The notes beneath the pieces were generated by a model. That model did not search any database. It was not told the DNA's origin and worked only from the letters and a program-made list of their open reading frames with translations. Source: an uncultured Porticoccaceae bacterium (GTDB lineage: Bacteria > Pseudomonadota > Gammaproteobacteria > Pseudomonadales > GM7GCV1). From it: a stretch of 64,000 nt of DNA. The number at the start of each line of letters is the position of its first letter. The first letter of the stretch is position 1. This document shows positions 61,119 through 64,000 of the stretch, in pieces. The DNA lies in assembly GCA_964623085.1 (NCBI GenBank), contig CAZUTO010000001.1:43-64042 (forward strand), written 5' to 3'. The position numbers were made by a program, and so were the translations under genes.

Positions 61119-61637
61119 CTAATCGTATTGCAAAATACTTTCGGCAGGGCAGCCTCCAATAGCAGCGCGACCGTTGCAATCGAGGAGTTCAATCAGAAAA
61201 GCGCAACAGGCCACAATACCGCCAGCTTTCTTGGTCATCCGGCATGCTGCGCCAGCCGTGCCGCCAGTGGCAATAACGTCGTCAATAATAGCGTAATGAC
61301 GTCCCTGTTTAATTGCATCGGTATGCAGCTCTAGTTTGTCAGTGCCGTATTCTAGAGCATAAGCCTCAGCAATAACTTCGCCAGGAAGCTTCCCCGGCTT
61401 GCGAACAAGGTGAAAGGGTATGCCGAGCTGGTATGCAAGCGCGGCACCAAAAATAAAACCACGGGATTCGATAGCAAGTATTTCTTCAAAATCGTATTTT
61501 GAGAGTCGCTCTGCCATCGCTTCAATACTATGTCGAAATGCTTCAGGGCTAGCTAGCAAGGGTGTAATATCACGATACAGAATTCCTGCTTTGGGGAAGT
61601 CTGGTATGTCCCGAATATAGTCTTGGAGTTGTTTCAT
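61119..61637 (-). CDS. apt: Adenine phosphoribosyltransferase
   Basis: 172 aa. Motifs seen: the PRPP motif AIIDDVIATGGTA, and FPKAGILYRDITPLL. Confidence 0.9.
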   Translation of the reverse strand: MKQLQDYIRDIPDFPKAGILYRDITPLLASPEAFRHSIEAMAERLSKYDFEEILAIESRGFIFGAALAYQLGIPFHLVRKPGKLPGEVIAEAYALEYGTDKLELHTDAIKQGRHYAIIDDVIATGGTAGAACRMTKKAGGIVACCAFLIELLDCNGRAAIGGCPAESILQYD

Positions 61638-61807
61638 TTTAGGTTCTATATAAGAAAGCGTTTTATGCCGGTAAGGTTGAGCTTATAGCTTCACTCTTAA
61701 ATAGCACAAGTGAATGGACGCAAGTAAATAGCAGCAAGTTAATCAGTACCAGATCAACAAAACCACAATAGGCTGGCGAACTGTCGGAGCCAGAGTTTAT
61801 ATGAAAT

Positions 61808-63013
61808 ATGGCAACAAAAACTACAGTTAACATTATCAATAGCCTCGGTCCGGTACTAAAAATGTTGGGCCTTGTGCCGGAGCAGTTGGAGGTTGAAAAG
61901 CTGATTCAGAAAGCGCTGGACGGGAAGCTAACGTCGAGTAGTGAGCAACTTGCTATCAGAGAGGCGCTTGAGTATTTGGTTGGGTCAATTAAGAGTGAAG
62001 CTGCACTTTCACCAGTTGGCCTTATGGCAGCGCATCGGCAAATCGTTGAGGGTTTGGAGGCCTTTGCGCGCGTTAAACAAGCGCGTAAAACACACTCGCA
62101 GATCAAAGAGCAGTTAATTGAGCGCCCTGTTTTTATTACAGGGCTTCCTAGAACTGGTAGTACGATTCTTCATTCGCTGCTCGCTCAAGACCCGCAGATA
62201 CGCGTGCCCGCGACATGGGAAGTGATGCGACCACCAATAGCAAGAGATGATGAAGGCAGTGGGATTAAATACTGCGATAAACGACTAGGCCTCGCCAACT
62301 GGTTAGCACCTGAATTTCAGTCTGTACATCCGATGGGGGCGCGGCTGCCGCAGGAGTGCATCGCCATTACAGCCTATGTGTTTCGGAGTATTGTTTTTCA
62401 TACGACCATGAACTTGCCTGCTTATGAAAATTGGTTCGAAGATTCGGATCAGGCTCCGGCTTACCGCTTTCATCGTGAATTTTTACAACACCTCCAGTAT
62501 TTCAATGGTGGAGGAAATTGGGTATTAAAGGCGCCGGGGCATATGTTTGGTATTGGCGCGCTACTAGACGAATATCCTGATGCAACGATTATTCAGACTC
62601 ATCGTGATCCGTTAAAAGTAGCACCCTCTTTGGCCAGCCACAGTAAAGTGCTAAGGCATGCCTTTAGTGATGCCGTAAACGACCGCGAAGCGGCATCGGA
62701 TTGGTTGGATAGGTGGTGGCAAGGGTTGGATCTGATGCTTGAAGCTCGCAGTGATAAAGAGTCTTGTTTCTATGATGTTTTTTATGGTGATTTTATGCAA
62801 GAGCCTCTTGAGGTTATTGAAAAGCTCTATACACGTTTAGGTTGGGAGTTTTCTTCCGAAGCACAAAATAATATGGCAGCGTTTTTGTCTGCGAACCCAA
62901 AAGGTAAGCACGGAAAACATCGGTACACACTTCAGGAGTTTGATCTTGATGCTAATCAAATCCGGACTCGGTTAGATACTTATGTAAACCGTTTTTCTTT
63001 GAAGCCGGAATAG
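61808..63013 (+). CDS. Sulfotransferase family protein
   Basis: The 5'-PSB-like motif is ITGLPRTGSTILHSLL, and RDPLKVAPS lies in the 3'-PB-like region. Confidence 0.7.
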   Translation: MATKTTVNIINSLGPVLKMLGLVPEQLEVEKLIQKALDGKLTSSSEQLAIREALEYLVGSIKSEAALSPVGLMAAHRQIVEGLEAFARVKQARKTHSQIKEQLIERPVFITGLPRTGSTILHSLLAQDPQIRVPATWEVMRPPIARDDEGSGIKYCDKRLGLANWLAPEFQSVHPMGARLPQECIAITAYVFRSIVFHTTMNLPAYENWFEDSDQAPAYRFHREFLQHLQYFNGGGNWVLKAPGHMFGIGALLDEYPDATIIQTHRDPLKVAPSLASHSKVLRHAFSDAVNDREAASDWLDRWWQGLDLMLEARSDKESCFYDVFYGDFMQEPLEVIEKLYTRLGWEFSSEAQNNMAAFLSANPKGKHGKHRYTLQEFDLDANQIRTRLDTYVNRFSLKPE

Positions 63014-63279
63014 TGTTTATTCTCGGGGCTATCCGGCTTTCCCCAACAATATTTTTCCTGATTTATCCTTACTCTGATCTCACCTTTATATGAAGGGTGG
63101 TCAGTATTAAAACGGAACTAGCCCTCAAAGTTTCATTCTAGTTGTGAACGCCGTCAGCCATTAGCTTTCATTTTTATGTGATTGATGTATCAATGATATT
63201 GATGAATGTGCCGGAAAACCCCCTATTAAAGACTGGCATGTTGAAAGCTTTAATGTAGTTCCATCGGAGTTTGTAAGTT

Positions 63280-64000
63280 ATGGCGAGAAAGCACAGTTTG
63301 CGAAGCATGATCAGTGCGGATTTATCCAAATTATCCTTGGGTCTGGTGGCGTTGATCTGTTTGATAGCGTCTATAAATGTTACGGCTCAGGCTTATCTTG
63401 TAAATGGTGTCAGCAAGTATGCTGAATTTAATAGGCCGGTTTTCGCCGTGAAGCTCGAATTGCCGAAGGTGAGAGACAATGCACAACAAATCTATAATCA
63501 TCCGACGACAAAGAAACTGTCATTTAGGATCCTAGCGGAGCGATCTCCTAGGCTCTGGACTAGGATGCTTATTCAGAATGTCTCGATGAATAACGATTCA
63601 GAAGTGATGACGGCGCAAACGAATGCGCTCACGAAGATGGCGGACACCATTAAGGGTAACTTGGTTCCCGGAGACTTGGTGGAAATTGAAACGCTCAATC
63701 GGAATTTTACGGTACTGTCGGTCAATCGAGTGGATATTGCCACTTTTGAAACCGAGGGCTTTTTTGAATTCCTTCTTTCTGGTTTTATTGGCGAAACACC
63801 TCCGACAATAGAGGTGAAAAAACAACTGTTGGCAAATGGCGAGTACGATCCCAATATGCTTGCTCTCTTTGACTCTGTTAGCTATAGCCAGAATCGTATT
63901 GCAGACGTTAAAGCATGGGCCGCGGATGTGAATATTGAAAGACCATTGGTCGATAATCAACTGCTCGATAATCAAGGCCAGGGGCCCGCTAATCAAGCAC
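63280..64000 (+). CDS. Secreted hypothetical protein, 3' partial (runs off the window)
   Basis: ATG 63280 opens a frame to the window end with no stop. The N-terminus reads MARKHSLRSMISADLSKLSLGLVALICLIASINVTAQA. The ORF is not in the supplied track because it lacks a stop. Confidence 0.55.
   Translation, partial: MARKHSLRSMISADLSKLSLGLVALICLIASINVTAQAYLVNGVSKYAEFNRPVFAVKLELPKVRDNAQQIYNHPTTKKLSFRILAERSPRLWTRMLIQNVSMNNDSEVMTAQTNALTKMADTIKGNLVPGDLVEIETLNRNFTVLSVNRVDIATFETEGFFEFLLSGFIGETPPTIEVKKQLLANGEYDPNMLALFDSVSYSQNRIADVKAWAADVNIERPLVDNQLLDNQGQGPANQA

Noticed and set aside
63573-63996. Two overlapping minus-strand ORFs (93 and 132 aa) at the window end
   Set aside because: The plus strand carries an uninterrupted frame from ATG 63280 to the window edge with a clear signal peptide. 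The minus-strand ORFs are its shadows.

Overview
No searches were run. All family names come from motifs read in the supplied translations and from remembered family signatures, and all coordinates were hand-indexed.

The window splits into two parts.

(1) Positions 1 to about 43601 are the right-hand portion of an integrative conjugative element (ICE) of the PFGI-1 / ICEclc / pKLC102-PAPI-1 type.
- It carries an essentially complete, co-linear, + strand mating-pair-formation and coupling-protein gene set: PilL2, the TIGR03759-like protein, an SLT transglycosylase, the PFL_4695-like protein, TraD, TIGR03747-like, RAQPRD, TIGR03758/45/50/46/49/52/51-like, a VirB4-like ATPase, TIGR03757/56/55-like and TraG_N.
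- This backbone is interrupted by cargo. A copper island lies at 1-10404: copC-copD, then a MerR-regulated copZ-like/copA operon with DUF2933, ICMT-like, APC permease, YHS, PPK2 and DMT genes. A czcCBA divalent-cation efflux island with a second CopC and a second ICMT-like gene lies at 18504-26137. A small XRE-controlled orphan cassette lies at 33424-34698.
- The element ends at a 49-nt 3' fragment of tRNA-Lys(UUU) at 43553-43601, followed by the tRNA's own terminator. I read this as the att direct repeat. The intact tRNA, the integrase and the relaxase are not in the window.

(2) Positions 43602-64000 are core chromosome dominated by an isoprenoid/hopanoid supercluster: YceI-like, dxs-ispA, ispG, ispH, hpnH, a single-gene squalene synthase, hpnG, hpnA, shc, hpnM, hpnN. 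These are followed by apt, a sulfotransferase and a partial secreted protein.

No CRISPR array, rRNA, intact tRNA, transposase or reverse transcriptase was seen.

The signals most worth following up are non-coding or orphan features:
- a GCTATTGC-N-TCAATAGC hairpin motif present 4-5 times at ICE backbone operon fronts;
- a 925-bp gene-free structured region with a minus-strand terminator;
- a perfect 20-bp inverted repeat of nested palindromes upstream of a small tyrosine recombinase;
- the XRE/orphan cassette wedged into the T4SS operon;
- an atypical ICE distal end containing a lone DUF2857 (BisC-like) gene and a 344-aa membrane/coiled-coil/winged-helix orphan.
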